This document shows, one piece after another, positions 40,105-54,134 of a DNA stretch of 64,000 nt (the stretch's first letter is position 1; every line of letters begins with the position of its first letter). Origin of the DNA: Octopus vulgaris (Eukaryota); the NCBI GenBank assembly GCA_951406725.2, contig OX597838.1, forward strand, positions 36,952,001 through 37,016,000, written 5' to 3'. Under the pieces are notes generated by a model. That model did not search any database, had not been told where the DNA came from, and saw only the letters and a program-made list of their open reading frames with translations. The translations under genes were made by a program, and so were the position numbers.

Positions 40105-40135
<31 letters not shown>

Positions 40136-40913
40136 ATATATGTCTATATCTATGTATGTGTATATACATATATATATGTTTTCCTGTGTGTATGGATGTG
40201 CATATGTATCTATATATATATATATATATGTGTATGTATGTATACGTATGTGTATATATATGTATATATGTGTACGTTTGTGTGTATATATATATATATA
40301 TATATATGTATACATATATATATGTATATATTTATGCATATATATATATGTATATTCGTATATATATATTTATATGTATATATGCATGTTTGTATGTATA
40401 TATATATATATATGTATATATGTATCAAAATAAGCAGCAAGGTTATCCAGAAGATATCCTTGTTGCTTATTTTGATTTTAATCACCTTACTTTGAAATTG
40501 TATAGATAATAACGTACTAAATTCTGGTGCCTCAACTTAAGTACCATATTCAGCTGAATCTATATATATATTAATATCTCTATATCTCTCTCTCTCTCTA
40601 TATATATATATATGTATCTATATTTATGTATATATATATATCTATATTTATGTATATATGTATATATATATATATATGTATGTATATTATATATATGTAT
40701 ATAACTATGTATGTATGTCTGTATATATATATATGTATATATATATGTATGTATATACACCCATATATGTGTGTGTATGTATATGTGTACAATAATGTGC
40801 ATATTCATGTATGTGCACTTATATAGCTACACCTATGCACTTCTGAAGATGAGTTCACTGGTATATGTGTGTGTGTGTGTGTGTTTACAAGTCTGCATAC
40901 GCACGTGCACATG

Positions 40914-40953
<40 letters not shown>

Positions 40954-41366
40954 TGCGTAAAGATTTGTGCTTGTGAATGCATAATTAATAGATGGCAGAG
41001 TGAAGATAACCACAAGTCTTGGAATCCATTAGTTGTTAATCTCCTCGGAGGCTGCCCACTCACTAACTCTGTCTCTTAAATCTTTTCTCTCCGTCAACAA
41101 ATGCATATACATCATGTTGATTGTATATGTTTAACATATGCATGTGTCTGTGTGTATATACACAAACACACACACACATGCATATATATATATATACATA
41201 TACGTATATATATATATATGTACATGTGTGTCATTGATAAGTTTAAAAATTAAAACATACATCAATTTTCTGACCTCAGTCTATCAGAAGCCACATCGTT
41301 GTCTTTATATAACATATCCCCACAGAAGCAAACACTCATTATATAAACATATATATATATATATAT

Positions 41367-41626
41367 CATCGTCGTCATCATCATCATCGTTTAACGTCCG
41401 TTTTCCATGCTAGCATGGGTTGGACGGTTCAACTGGGGTCTGGGAAGCCAGAAGGCTGCGCCAGGCCTAGTCTGATCTGGCAGTGTTTCTATGGCTGGAT
41501 GCCCTTCCTAACGCCAACCACTCCATGAGTGTAGTGGGTGCTTTTTACGTGCCAGACAAGGCTGGCAAACGGCCATGATCGGATGGTGCATTTTACGTGC
41601 CACCGGCACGGGGGCCAGACGAGGCT

Positions 41627-41667
<41 letters not shown>

Positions 41668-42280
41668 ATACACACACACACATGTTTACATATATCTGTG
41701 TGTGTGTAAATATGTGTACGTATACATATATATTTATCATAATCATCATTATCATCATTTAACGTCCGTTTTCCATGCTAGCATGGGTTGGACGGTTTTG
41801 ACTGATGGCTGGCAACCAGAAGGCTGCACCAGGCTCCAGTCTTGATCTGTGTGTGTGTGTGTGTGTGTATGTATCGTCATCAATTAACGTCCGTTTTTCT
41901 ATGCTGTCATGGGTTGGACGGTTTTGACTGAAGGCTGGCAACCAGATGGCTGCACCAGGCTCCAGTCTTGATCTGGCAGAGTTTCTACAGCTGGATGCCG
42001 TTCCTAACGCCAACCACTCCGAGTGTGTGGTGGGTTCTTTCATGTGTGTGTATGTGCGTGTGCGTGTGTGTGTGTGTGTATCATCATCATTTAACGTCCG
42101 TTTTTCTATGCTGGCATGGGTTGGATGGTTTGACTGAAAACTGGTAATCTGGGGGACCTGCACCAGTTTCCAGTCTGTGATTTGACAAGGTTTCTACAGC
42201 TGGACACCCTTCCTAATGCCAAACACTCTAAGAGCATAGTGGGTGCTTCTTACGGTCCACCAGCAGAGGGGCCAGTTATA
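41367..42280 (-). mobile_element. Cluster of four family E 3' ends in the same orientation
   Basis: TTAACGTCCGTTTT(T)CYATGCT...GGGTTGGAYGG recurs at ~41390, 41760, 41885 and 42090. Confidence 0.8.
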
Positions 42281-42379
42281 TGATACCACCATCATCGACA
42301 ACAATGATATCACTTGATAGGTCTTCTGCAGCACACACTGTATGCATATATGTATATGTATATAAGTCCCTTTCTTTCT

Positions 42380-42765
42380 CTCTTTTACTTGTTTCAGTCA
42401 TTTGACTGCGGCCATGCTGGAGCACCACCTTTAGTTGACCAAATCGACCCCGGGACTTATTCTTTGTAAGCCCAGTACTTATTCTATCGGTCTCTTTTGC
42501 CGAACCGCTAAGTGACGGGGACGTAAACACGCCAGCATCGGTTGTCAAGCAATGCTAGGGGGACAAAGACAGACACCCAAACACACATATACATATACAT
42601 ATACGACAGGCTTCTTTCAGTTTCCGTCTACCAAATCCACTCACAAGGCATTGGTCAGCCCAGGGCTATAGCAGAAGACACTTGCCCAAGATGCCACGCA
42701 GTGGGACTGAACCCGGAACCATGTGGTTGGTTAGCAAGCTACCTACCACACAGCCAATCCTGCGT
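42380..42765 (-). mobile_element. SINE family A, full length
   Basis: Consensus match. Confidence 0.9.
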
Positions 42766-42784
42766 TTTTTTTTTTTCTTTTTAT

Positions 42785-43075
42785 GCGCCCTCTTCAAACC
42801 TTGCCAGGCTCATGGTCCCGGTTTCTCGGTTTCTATGGTGTATGTGTTCCTCCTAACCGGACAGGACACCAGTCCATCACAGTGTTACTCAAGAAGCAGG
42901 AAGAAAGAGTGAAAGTTGGGGTGAAAGAGTACAACAGGGGTCGCCACCACCCCCTGCCGGATCCTCGTGGAGCTTTAGATGTTTTCATTCAATAAACACA
43001 CGCAACACCCGGTCTGGGAATCGAAACTGTGATCCTCTGACCGCGAGTCTGCTGCTCTGGACCATTGTGCCTCCA
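42785..43075 (-). mobile_element. SINE family C head with V-domain-like tail
   Basis: Matches 8945-9255. Confidence 0.78.
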
Positions 43076-43382
43076 CATATATGTATATGTATGTGTACAT
43101 ATATGTATACATATATGTGTACATATATGTATGTGTACATATATGTATACATATATGTATGTGTACATATTTGTATACATATATGTATGTATACATATTT
43201 GTATACGTATATAGACATGTGCACACGTGTGCACACAGATACTCATATACTTAGGTGCTTTTAATGTTAAATAAATGAAAGGAAGAAAGAAAGAATGAAA
43301 GAAAGAAAGGAAGAATGAAAGAAAGGAAGAAAGAAAGAATGAAAGAAAGAAAGAAAGAAAGAATGAAAGAAAGAAAGAATGA

Positions 43383-43421
<39 letters not shown>

Positions 43422-43612
43422 GAAGAAAGAAAGAAACTGAAGACACAATGTAGCAAGAAGAGAAATGAAGAAAAATCTTAGTTCCCAGAATAGGAGAGAG
43501 GGAGAAAAGGAGAGGGGTGAAGAGATGAAAGGAAATAGAGAGAGTAGCTGGATAGGAAAAGAAGAAATGGGAGTGGAGAATGTAGAGTAAAGAGAGAGAA
43601 AGAGAGAGAGAG

Positions 43613-43643
<31 letters not shown>

Positions 43644-44696
43644 GAGAAAGCTGTGTACTTTTTCTCTGTGAATCTCATACATATTCAAAAGGCAAATTTG
43701 TTGAGATTGAAATTGTGTGTGGTTGTTTGTATCAGATACACATCATTATTTACCACCACCACTGCCCCCACCCCCACCACCACTGCCACCACCACTACCA
43801 CCACTGCCACCACCACCACCACCACTGCCACCACCACCACCACCACTGCCACCACCACTACCACCACCACTGCCACCACCACCACCACCACTGCTGCCAT
43901 CGCACCATCACCACTACTACTACCACTACACTACTACCGCTGCCACACTGATGCTGCTTCCACTACCACTGGCTTTCGAGCTACCATCACAACCACTATT
44001 AATTCCAAGAGATTAAGAGGGAGGGAGAGAAAGAGAGAGAGAGGAAGAAGAGAGGGATGTGAGATTGTTAGTTTAATAAGTTAGTTTAATTAAGAATATG
44101 GCTATGGGGAAAATAGCTGAAGGGAACATTTTGCATACTAAACAGCAGGTTCTTGTATACATGTGCGATAGAGCAAGTTGAAAAACTTTATCCAACTGAG
44201 ATCATGCAAGCAATTAGTGGACACAACCTTCCTCAAGGTGAGTTTAAAATCTGATAAAAATTAAAGAAGTGACAGAGCTAATTCCAATGTGATCGTTTGA
44301 TTGAAATGTCTGGGGAAAAATCTGGTGTTGAACTCAACTGGACACGTACGTGTTTCAAGTGTTATTTTTAACTGCTCAGTGGAGCAGAGTTTACTCATCT
44401 GATATGATTAAAAGTCATGTTCTGTGCTTGAGGTGACCTACTGAGTCGAGTAAAATCAAAATCAAATGGAGATTGCAGTTGTGGCCGATGCCAGTGCTGC
44501 TTGACCGACTCCCGTGCTGGTGGCACGCAAAAACTACTATGCAAGTGTGGGTCATTGTCAGTGCCACTTGACTAGTTCCCCATGCCGGTGGCATGTAAAA
44601 AGCACCATGCCAGCCTCTCTGCCCTGACTGGTTCCTGTGCCAGTCGCGTGTAAAAGGCACCATCCGAACGTGGCTGATGCCAGTGCCGCCTGACTC

Positions 44697-45030
44697 ACTG
44701 CGTGGCATCTTGGGCAAGTGTCTTCTACTATAGCCTCGGGCCGACCAATGCCTTGTGAGTGGATTTGGTAGACGGAAACTGAAAGAAGCCTGTCGTATAT
44801 ATGTATATATATATGTGTGTATGTGTGTGTGTGTTTGTCCCCCTAGTATTGCTTGACAACCGATGCTGGTGTGTTTACGTCCCCGTTACCTAGTGGTTCG
44901 GCAAAAGAGACCGATAGAATAAGTACTGGGCTTACAAAGAATAAGTCCCAGGGTCGATTTGCTCGACTAAAGGCGGTGCTCCAGCATGGCCACAATCAAA
45001 TGACTAAAACAAGTAAAAGAGTAAAAGAGT
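44697..45030 (+). mobile_element. SINE family A, 5'-truncated, fused to a family E 5' portion (~44415-44696)
   Basis: Consensus match from CACTGCGTGGCATC to the GTAAAAGAG tail. Confidence 0.82.
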
Positions 45031-45407
45031 AAAATATCTGCACAGGAGAATTAAAAATTACTGCCGATTTTAGCAGTTTTGTAACTTCTTGTGGAACCCC
45101 TGGACTGTACTGGCGGAACCCTGGTTGAAAACCACTGGTCTACTGACTGAAACATGTAAAAGATAAAAGATGAACCATCGTTGAAATGCCCAGGAATATT
45201 GGTTCATTGCTGAAGAGCCATTTTTGAATTCATACATTATGCATTGTCTGCTATGGATGTGATCAAAGCTTAAATAAAAGCCTTTAGCATTCTGTTGACT
45301 GAAATGGCTGCAGTCGAATGAGAGAAATGAATAAAAGATAGATATGTGTGTGTGTGTGTGAGTGTGTGTGTGTGTGTGTGTGTTGTGTGTGTGTTGTGTG
45401 TGTGTTT

Positions 45408-45745
45408 TGTAAGGGGCTTGCTTCTCAACCACATGGTTCTGGGTTCAGTCCCACTGTGTGGCACCTTGGGAAAGTGTCTTGTATTATAACCTCGGGGCTA
45501 CCAAATCCTTGTGAGTGGATTTAGTTGACGGAAACTGAAAGAAGCCTGTCATATGTGTGTGTGTGTGTGTGTATCTGTATGCAGGAGTGGCTGTGTGGTA
45601 AGTAGCTTGCTTACCAACCACATGGTTCCGTGTTCAGTCCCACTGTGTGGCACCTTGGGAAAGTGTCTTGTATTATAACCTCGGGGCTACCAAATCCTTG
45701 TGAGTGGATTTAGTTGACGGAAACTGAAAGAAGCCTGTCAAATGT
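45408..45745 (+). mobile_element. Tandem duplication of a family A 5' half
   Basis: Both copies share private variants GGGAAAGTGTCTTGTATTATAACCTCGGGGCTACCAAATCC. Confidence 0.85.
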
Positions 45746-46574
45746 GTGTGTGTGTGTGTGAGTGTGTATGAGTGTGTGTGTGTGTGTGTGTGTGTGAGTT
45801 ACTGTGTCCTTGCCTTGTTACCATATTTCTATGGTAAACGAATGATACCATGATGCAAGCAGTGTCCTTCTTTCCAAATCTTCTGTGTGAACATCCCTGG
45901 CCGTGGGGGAAAATTACCTGACTTGGATATAGGTGAGGGTTGGCGACAGGAAGGGCATCCAGCTGTAGAGAATCCGCTTGGACAAAATGTATTCGATCCG
46001 TGAAGGCATGGAAAAGCAGATGTTAAAATGATGATGATGTTGATGGTAGAAAGAGATGGAGAATGAGAGATAGAAGGGAGATAGAGAGGAGGGGGAGTAG
46101 GGGGATGGCGATAGTGTTTCTTTTATTTTGTATTCTTCGAAGTTAACATACCTGTTGGTTATCTTAGAAACTCCAGTGAGAGAGAGAGGGGGGGTGAGAA
46201 GAAAAAGAGAGAAAGGGGGAAGAAGAGAGAGTGGTGGAAAGAGAGCAACAGATGTAGAAAGCAAGATAAGCTCTACAAATGGTGATGGTTGGAGTACTGA
46301 TGGTGGTGGTGGTGGTGGTGGTGGTGCAGGAAGAGTTGATGCAAAGATGTGGTGGAAGCAGTGGGTTGCGGTGTAGTTGTAATGAAGTGATTGACTATGG
46401 TACTGGTGGGGCAGTTATGGCATGAGACTAAGTTGGTGGAGGTGGTGGCGGTAAAGGTGGTAATGGTGGTGGTGATGGTGGTGATGGTGGTAGGGTTCGT
46501 TATGGCATTAGATTAAGGTGGTAATGAGGGTTGGGCTAACAGCAGTGGGTGTGGCTTTGATAATCTTGATAGTA

Positions 46575-46733
46575 TAGGAGTGGCTGTGTGGTAAGTAGCT
46601 TGCTTACCAACCACATGTTTCCAAGTTCAGTCCCACTGCATGGCACCTTGGGCAAGTGTCTTCTACTATAGCCTCGAGCCGACCAAAGCCTTGTGAGTGG
46701 ATTTGGTAGATGGAAACTGAAAGAAGCCCGTCG

Positions 46734-46772
<39 letters not shown>

Positions 46773-46980
46773 TTGTGCGTCTGTGTTTGTCCTCCCTGCA
46801 TTGCTTGACAACCGATGCTGGTGTGTTTGCGTCCCAGTAACTTTGCAGTTCGGCAAAAGAGACTGAGAGAATAAGTACTAAGCTTACAAAGAATAAGTCC
46901 TGGGGTTGATTTGCTCGACTGAAGGCGGTGCTCCAGCATGGCCACAGTCAAATGACTGAAGCAAGTTAAAGAGTAAAAGG
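46575..46980 (+). mobile_element. SINE family A, full length
   Basis: Consensus match. Confidence 0.9.
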
Positions 46981-48356
46981 GTGGTGTTGATGTTTTCTGG
47001 TTGTAAAGCCAGTGGTGGTGGTGGTGGCAGCAACGGTGGTAGTGGCGGTGATGTTGGCGGTGGTGGTGGTGGTGGTGGCGGCGGCGGTGATGATGGTGGT
47101 GGTGGTGGTGGTGGTGGATGTAGTTTATGTGCTAGTTGTAGTTCTGGTAGTAGATTGGTACAGTGTTAAATTGATGGTGGTGGAAGTGGTTGTGGTTATC
47201 AGTTTGTCAGTGCCAGATCAGATCCTAGTGGTAAGCTACAATCAAAGGCACTCCAGCCATGACCATTACATGTTGTTCTTATGTGTAAGTAACCCAGCAA
47301 CTCATTCCTAAACATGTTCTCTTTTCTAACAATGTAGGGTGTATTTCAATGGAGATTTGACTGCTATTTCTAGCATTTCGTGCAAGCATGTAGGAGCTCC
47401 TTCACTGATCTGTGTTGAATGTCCTTGTAGTAGGAGTAATGATACAGTCTGGTTTTAGGGGAAAGCTGGCTGCTATTTCTAGCATTTTGAGAGAGTATAT
47501 GAAAGTTCCTTCATTTATGTGTTTTAGATGTCCTTGTAGTAGTAATAATGGTAAGGCATGATTAGAGGAGATTTGGTTGTTATTTCTTATTTCTTTACTG
47601 CCCATAGAGGGGACAAACGGATTAAGTCGATTATATCGACTCCAGTGCGTAACTGGTACTTATTTAATTGATCCTGAAAGGATGAAAGGCAAAGTCGACC
47701 TCGGCAGAATTTGAACTCAGAACGTAGTGGCAGACGAAATACCGCTGAGCATTTCGCCTGGTATGCTAACATTTCTGCCAGCTCGCGGCCTTAAAATGAA
47801 GTGTTTTGCTCAAGAACACAACACGTCGCCTGATCCAGGAATCGAAACCACAATCTTACAATCATGATGCTGACACTCTAACCACCAAGCCACGCGCCTC
47901 CACCTAAGTAGATTTGGTTGTTATTTCTTGCAAGTTGAGTGATCACACAGGCTTTTCTAGTGATGGTGGTGGTGATGGTGGCAAAGGAAGTGCATGATTT
48001 GAGAGGGAAGGTGGGGGGGATTTGGTTGCTACTACTAGCAGGAGGCGGTAGCATGAACCGAGAGAAAGAGAACAGGGTGTCTCAAAGAGTGTTAATAAAA
48101 TTGTCTGATAAAATGTAAATGGAACCAAAGAACATGTATTGTAATGTAATGCCAGGATTTAAGGAATTAGACATTGTCATCACTCACAGACACATCCGCA
48201 CACACTGACCTCTCTCTCTCTCTTTCTCTCTTTCACTTACTCCTTGTCCTTCTTTTTTTCTGTTCCTCTAATTGTCTTTTTTCCTCTTCACTTTTCTTTC
48301 GTCTATCTCTCTGAATATTTTATTGTCCTCTTTTGCATTTTTGTTCCATTTTTTTA

Positions 48357-48525
48357 TAGGCGCAGGAGTGGCTGTGTGGTAAGTAGCTTGCTAACCAACC
48401 ACATGGTTCCGGGTTCAGTCCCACTGCGTGGCACCTTGGGCAGGTGTCTTCTGCTATAGCCTCGGGCCACAACCAATGCCTTGTGAGGGGATTTGGTAGA
48501 CGCAAACTGAAAGAAGCCTGTCGTA

Positions 48526-48580
<55 letters not shown>

Positions 48581-48790
48581 TTGTGTGTCTGTGTTTGTCC
48601 CCTTAGCATTGCTTGACAACCGATGCCGGTGTGTTTATGTCCCCGTCACTTAGCGGTTCGGCAAAAGAGACCGATAGAATAAGTACTGGGCTTACAAAGA
48701 ATAGGTCCTGGGGTCGATTTGCTCGATTAAAGGCGGTGCTCCAGCATGGCCGCAGTCAAATGACTGAAACAAGTGAGAGTAAAAGAGAGA
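48357..48790 (+). mobile_element. SINE family A, full length
   Basis: Consensus match. Confidence 0.9.
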
Positions 48791-50449
48791 TTTATATCAT
48801 CGTCGCCATTGCCGTCGTCGTTTAACGTCCGTTTTCCAAGTTAGCATGGGTTGGACGGTTCGACCAGGGTCTGGGAAGCCAGGAGGCTGCTCCAGGCTCC
48901 AATCTTGATCTAGCAGAGTTTCTACTGCTTGATGCCCTTCCTAACGCCAACCACTCTGAGAGTGTAGTAGGTGCTTTTTACGTGCCACCGCCACAGGGGC
49001 CAGAGGAAGCTGGCAACAGCCGCGATCAGTTGGTGCTATTTCTGTGCTACCGGCACGGACGTCAGCAGCCAAAGCAGCACTGGCATTGGCCACATTCGGA
49101 TGGTGCTTTTTACGTGCCACCGACACAGGTATCACAACTACTATTTCCATTTGATATTTATTTTGATGTTGATGTACTTGATTACAATGTGAGCTGCTAA
49201 CCTCACCGCCATACCTGCATGTTATACGCTTACATTTTAATTGACGCTGGGTCTTCACAAGCATGACTCAAAGTTTCATATCAGTGAGGGGGGCCGGTGC
49301 GCATTGATGCCATCGAGAGGTAGGCCCCGAAATGGCGCGCATTCTCTCCTGATGACCCCATACACTTGCTAGCTTCCAGTATATGGAGCTTTTAACTGGT
49401 AGCACTTGCATGTGCAAGTTGTTTGCAAGACATCATGTATGAAGAAAAAGATGATGTTGAGATACTCAGTAATCGCAAGCATTTTGAACAGAACCGTATT
49501 CGTATATTGATTGTGAAAGTTTGCCTCTGGGAAGTACTACAAAGTCTCGTTAGATGTAATTAGTCTCATTTGGAAAGGATGGTAAGATAAAATAATCCTT
49601 TGATAAAGGTTTGCCAGTTAAGGAATACGGTAATACTTTTGAAGATAACAGCATGGGAACCAATGACTGAGGAAAATATCAACATTTATACAGTAAATTT
49701 AGTAAGCATGAAACTTCAGTTTTAAAGGCAGTTTATAATCTGGTAACAGATTGGTATTATTATTATGCAATATGGTAACTTGGTAAAATTGTTAACACAC
49801 CAGACAAAATGCCATCAAGCATTTTGGCTATACTGCTTTACTTGTTTCAGTCCATTGACTGTGGCTATGCTGGAGCACCGCCTTTTAGTCGAGCAACTCG
49901 ACCCCGGGACTTATTCTTTGTAAGCCTAGTACTTATACTATTGTTTTCTTTTGCCGAACCGCTAAGTGACGGGATGTAAACACACCAGCATAGGTTGTGA
50001 AAGCAATGTTGGGGGACAAACACAGTTACATAAACATATACACACACACATACATACATGTGGCACGTTAAAAGCGCCAACCGATCGTGGCTGATGCCAG
50101 ACACCCCTGGCGCCTGTGCAGGTGGCAAGTAAAAAGCACCCACTACACTTGTGGAGTGGTTGGCATTAGGAAGGGCATCCAGCTGTAGAAACACTGCCAG
50201 ATCAGACTGGAGCCTGGTGCAGCCCCTGGCTTCCCAGACCCCGGTCGAACCATCCAACCCGTGCTAGCGTGGAAAACGGACGTTAAACAATGATGATGAT
50301 GATGATGATTACGGAGATGTACTTGCATAGCAAGTGATTTGATCTGAGATTGTGTGCTGGAACGTAAACAATTGCAGCATGGAAGGTGTTTGTAAGCCAT
50401 TTAAGAAACACACAAAAGCCGTTCAATTCACTTCAACATTTAAGTTTAA

Positions 50450-50500
50450 TTTGTCAAAATATTTTCATCGCTATAAGACCGCGACATGTTCACTGACAAA
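50450..50500 (-). ncRNA. Minimal type-I hammerhead motif, G3-C8 core variant
   Basis: TTTGTCA-GTGAACA-T-GTCGC GGTCTTATA GCGAT-GAAA ATAT TT-TGACAAA: 7-bp stem I, 5-bp stem II, palindromic stem III. Confidence 0.6.
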
Positions 50501-50508
50501 AATCCGTG

Positions 50509-50549
<41 letters not shown>

Positions 50550-51094
50550 GCATACATATATATGATGGGCTACCATTATTACAAGAATCTAATGTACAAA
50601 AATGGTGAAGTTTGAAGTCATCTTAATGAAAACCATTTCTGCTCTGCACCTGCTATTGAGTACACTTTCTCCTGTTCCTAAACAGCAGCATCTATTCATT
50701 CATTCAGGTTTCAATTATCTCTTGTTGCTCTCTTTTCTACATGTGTATCGTGTGTATACATTTGGCATGTTTCTGGAAATTTATACATCAATATATATAT
50801 AGGCGTTGGAGTGGCTGTGTGGTAAGTAGCTTCCTTACGGACCATATGCTTCCAGGTTCAGTCCCACTGAGTGGCATCTTGGGCAAGTGTCTTCTACTAT
50901 CACTTCAGGCTGACTAAAATCCTTGTCGGTGGATTTGATATACAGAAACTGAAAGAAGCCCGTCGTATATATGTATATATATATAAAAAATTAATTAAGG
51001 GTAAAAATTGATATTAGTCAATTAAAACCAGTGGTCTAGCATATTAAAAAGAATCCGAAGATTAAAATATTTATATATACCAAGTCCTTAATTG

Positions 51095-51146
<52 letters not shown>

Positions 51147-51666
51147 TTATATGTTTGTGTGTCTGTGTTTGTGTCCCCCCCCCCAACATCTTTTATGTGT
51201 GTGTGTGTGTTTTTCTGAAGTATCCTTTGGTTGAATGATATTCCTGTGAATTATTCTGCTAATTCGTCTGGTGAAAATTAAAGCAGCAAAATTATTTCCT
51301 TCCTGTAAAACTGCCTTTAATGATTTCATTATTCAATTTTGTATTGTGCCGCCGATACTTATGTCATTACGATGCAGATTACAAGAACAGTATGAGTGTT
51401 ATGTATATATATATATATGTACATTTATACATATCATCATCATCATCATTGTTTAACATCTGCCTTCCATGCTCTCTCTCTCTCTCTCTCTCTCTTTATA
51501 TATATATATATAAATGTGACTTCGTGTGTACCGTTGGCAATTTTTTTTCCTCTGTCTTTCCTTCTCTGGATCTTTCCTTCTCCTATGTTTCTGACGTCCA
51601 ATAATACTATATTTGTTCCACGTCCTCGCGTTGTGTTTTCTCTTTGTGTTTTCATGTTTGGATTAA

Positions 51667-51721
<55 letters not shown>

Positions 51722-51725
<4 letters not shown>

Positions 51726-51898
51726 GATATTTATTTGTATATTACATGTTTTTATACATCATATATCAGATATTAGTGCTTTCGTCCGTTCTAGTGGAGT
51801 TCAATTTGAAAACTCCACTAGAATGGATGAAAGTGCTAATATATGATATATGATACATGATGTATAAAAACATGTAATATACAAATAAATATCTGTAT
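51722..51898. repeat. Near-perfect ~175-bp palindrome made of two 5'-truncated HHR-type termini
   Basis: ...GTCCGTTCTAGTGGAGTT / AACTCCACTAGAATGGAT...; arms extend to TACAGATATTTATTTG / CAAATAAATATCTGTA. Confidence 0.85.
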
Positions 51899-52040
51899 AT
51901 ATAAATTCATCCGAATTTCTGAGTACCTCATTTCTTCTAATATAAAATACCTGTACATCATCTCTAAACCTTCTAATATATATATATATATATACAGGTC
52001 AGTGCAAATGTACATATATCCACTCTCACTCTCTATAAGA

Positions 52041-52076
<36 letters not shown>

Positions 52077-52163
52077 CATATATATATAAAATTGATGAGT
52101 GTATTTTTCCCTTGTTAACAATTAACACGGAAAAAATGTCTTATTGACGAGTTTCATTTCTTC

Positions 52164-52252
52164 ACTTCCCTGAAGAGAAGATTACATTGTTTGACACCAT
52201 TTTATTCCTTTGGAATAATATCAGTGAAATCTTCAAAACATGTGTCGGAAGT
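52164..52252 (+). ncRNA. Type-I hammerhead motif with long stem II; G12 mutated to A
   Basis: ACTTCC-CTGAAGA-GAAGATT...AATCTTC-AAAAC ATGT GTC-GGAAGT. Confidence 0.55.
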
Positions 52253-52284
52253 AAAAGTATTTGAATTATACCTGCGTTAAACTC

Positions 52285-52329
<45 letters not shown>

Positions 52330-52334
52330 TTTTT

Positions 52335-52555
52335 TATCCTTTTACTTGTTTCAGTCATTTGACTGTGGCCATGCTGGATCACCGCCTTTACTCGAGCACA
52401 TCGCCCCCCAGGACTTATACTTTGTAAGCCTAGTACTTCTTCTATCAGTTTCTTTCGCCGAACCGCTAAGTTACAGGGACGTAACATACCAGCATTGGTT
52501 GTCAAGCAATGTTGGGGGGACAAACACAGGCACACAAACATATGCACACACACAC

Positions 52556-52598
<43 letters not shown>

Positions 52599-52770
52599 GA
52601 CAGGCTTTCTTCAGTTTCCATCTACTAAATCCACAGATCCACTCACAAGGCTTTGGTCGGCCTGAGGCTGTAGTAGAAGACACTTGGCCATGGTGCCATG
52701 CAGTGGGACTGAACCTGGAACCATGTAGTTCGTAAGCAAGCTACTTACCACACAGTCACTCCTGCATCTA
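52335..52770 (-). mobile_element. SINE family A, full length
   Basis: Consensus match. Confidence 0.88.
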
Positions 52771-53344
52771 TAAGTATATATATATATGCATGAGTTATGT
52801 CAAGGAAGTGGCGCCTTGTAGCCATTTCTGGACACTCAGGAGTGATTACATTCATCTTCCATTTATTACCATTGTTGTACTTTTATGACCTGGTCACTGA
52901 CACAATTCCACTCCACTATAAACAATGTATATTTCTGTGTGTGTGTGTGTGTGTATTTGTATGATTCCTATCTATCTACCTCCATCTATTTATATATCTG
53001 TCTGTCTGTCTGTCTCTCTATTTATCTATCTGTCTATATACTTATCTATCTATATAACTATCTGTCTGTGTGTGTGTCTCTCTCTCGCTCCCTCTCTCTC
53101 TGTATCTATCTATCTATCTATCGATTTATCTACCTCTGTCTATATATCTATCCATTTATCTGTCTATCTATCTATATAACAATATGTCTGTCTGTCTGTC
53201 TCTTTCTCTCTCTCTGTCTTTTTCTGTCTATCTACTTATCTATCTCTATCTGTTTGTCTGTCTATTTAATCTCCCTCTCACTTAATATATGTGTTTGTGT
53301 GTATGCATATACACAGATATATATATATATATGCAGGTACATCT

Positions 53345-53635
<291 letters not shown>

Positions 53636-54016
53636 ATTCAATGTGTCTGCTGACATTCCGTTCTGTATTTTTTTTCTTCCTTTCTTTCTCCACCTAAACC
53701 AACCACCCACACCCCCCTCCTTCACCAGCAACGGCAGAAATAATCATAGAGGAAAAGACAAATAGATAACAATGGAATTTAAACTATTTAAAACACACAC
53801 ACACACACACGCAGACACGCACGCATACACACACACACACACGCATACATTAAAAAGACACACATAATGATAAAATAAAAAAAAGCCAAACAAAAGCAGG
53901 CAATAATTACAAACAGATAAATTATTAATTAAATTGTTAAGTTGGAGATAAATACTCTTGAAGATTAAAAACAAAATCATAAAACTCTTAAAACAAAATT
54001 ATTAAAGAAAGAGAAA

Positions 54017-54056
<40 letters not shown>

Positions 54057-54134
54057 GGTAGAAATGGCATCGTTTTCATTATGGATTTAATGTTGCAAAG
54101 CTGCTCAGAAAATTTGGTAATGGTTAAATGAAGA

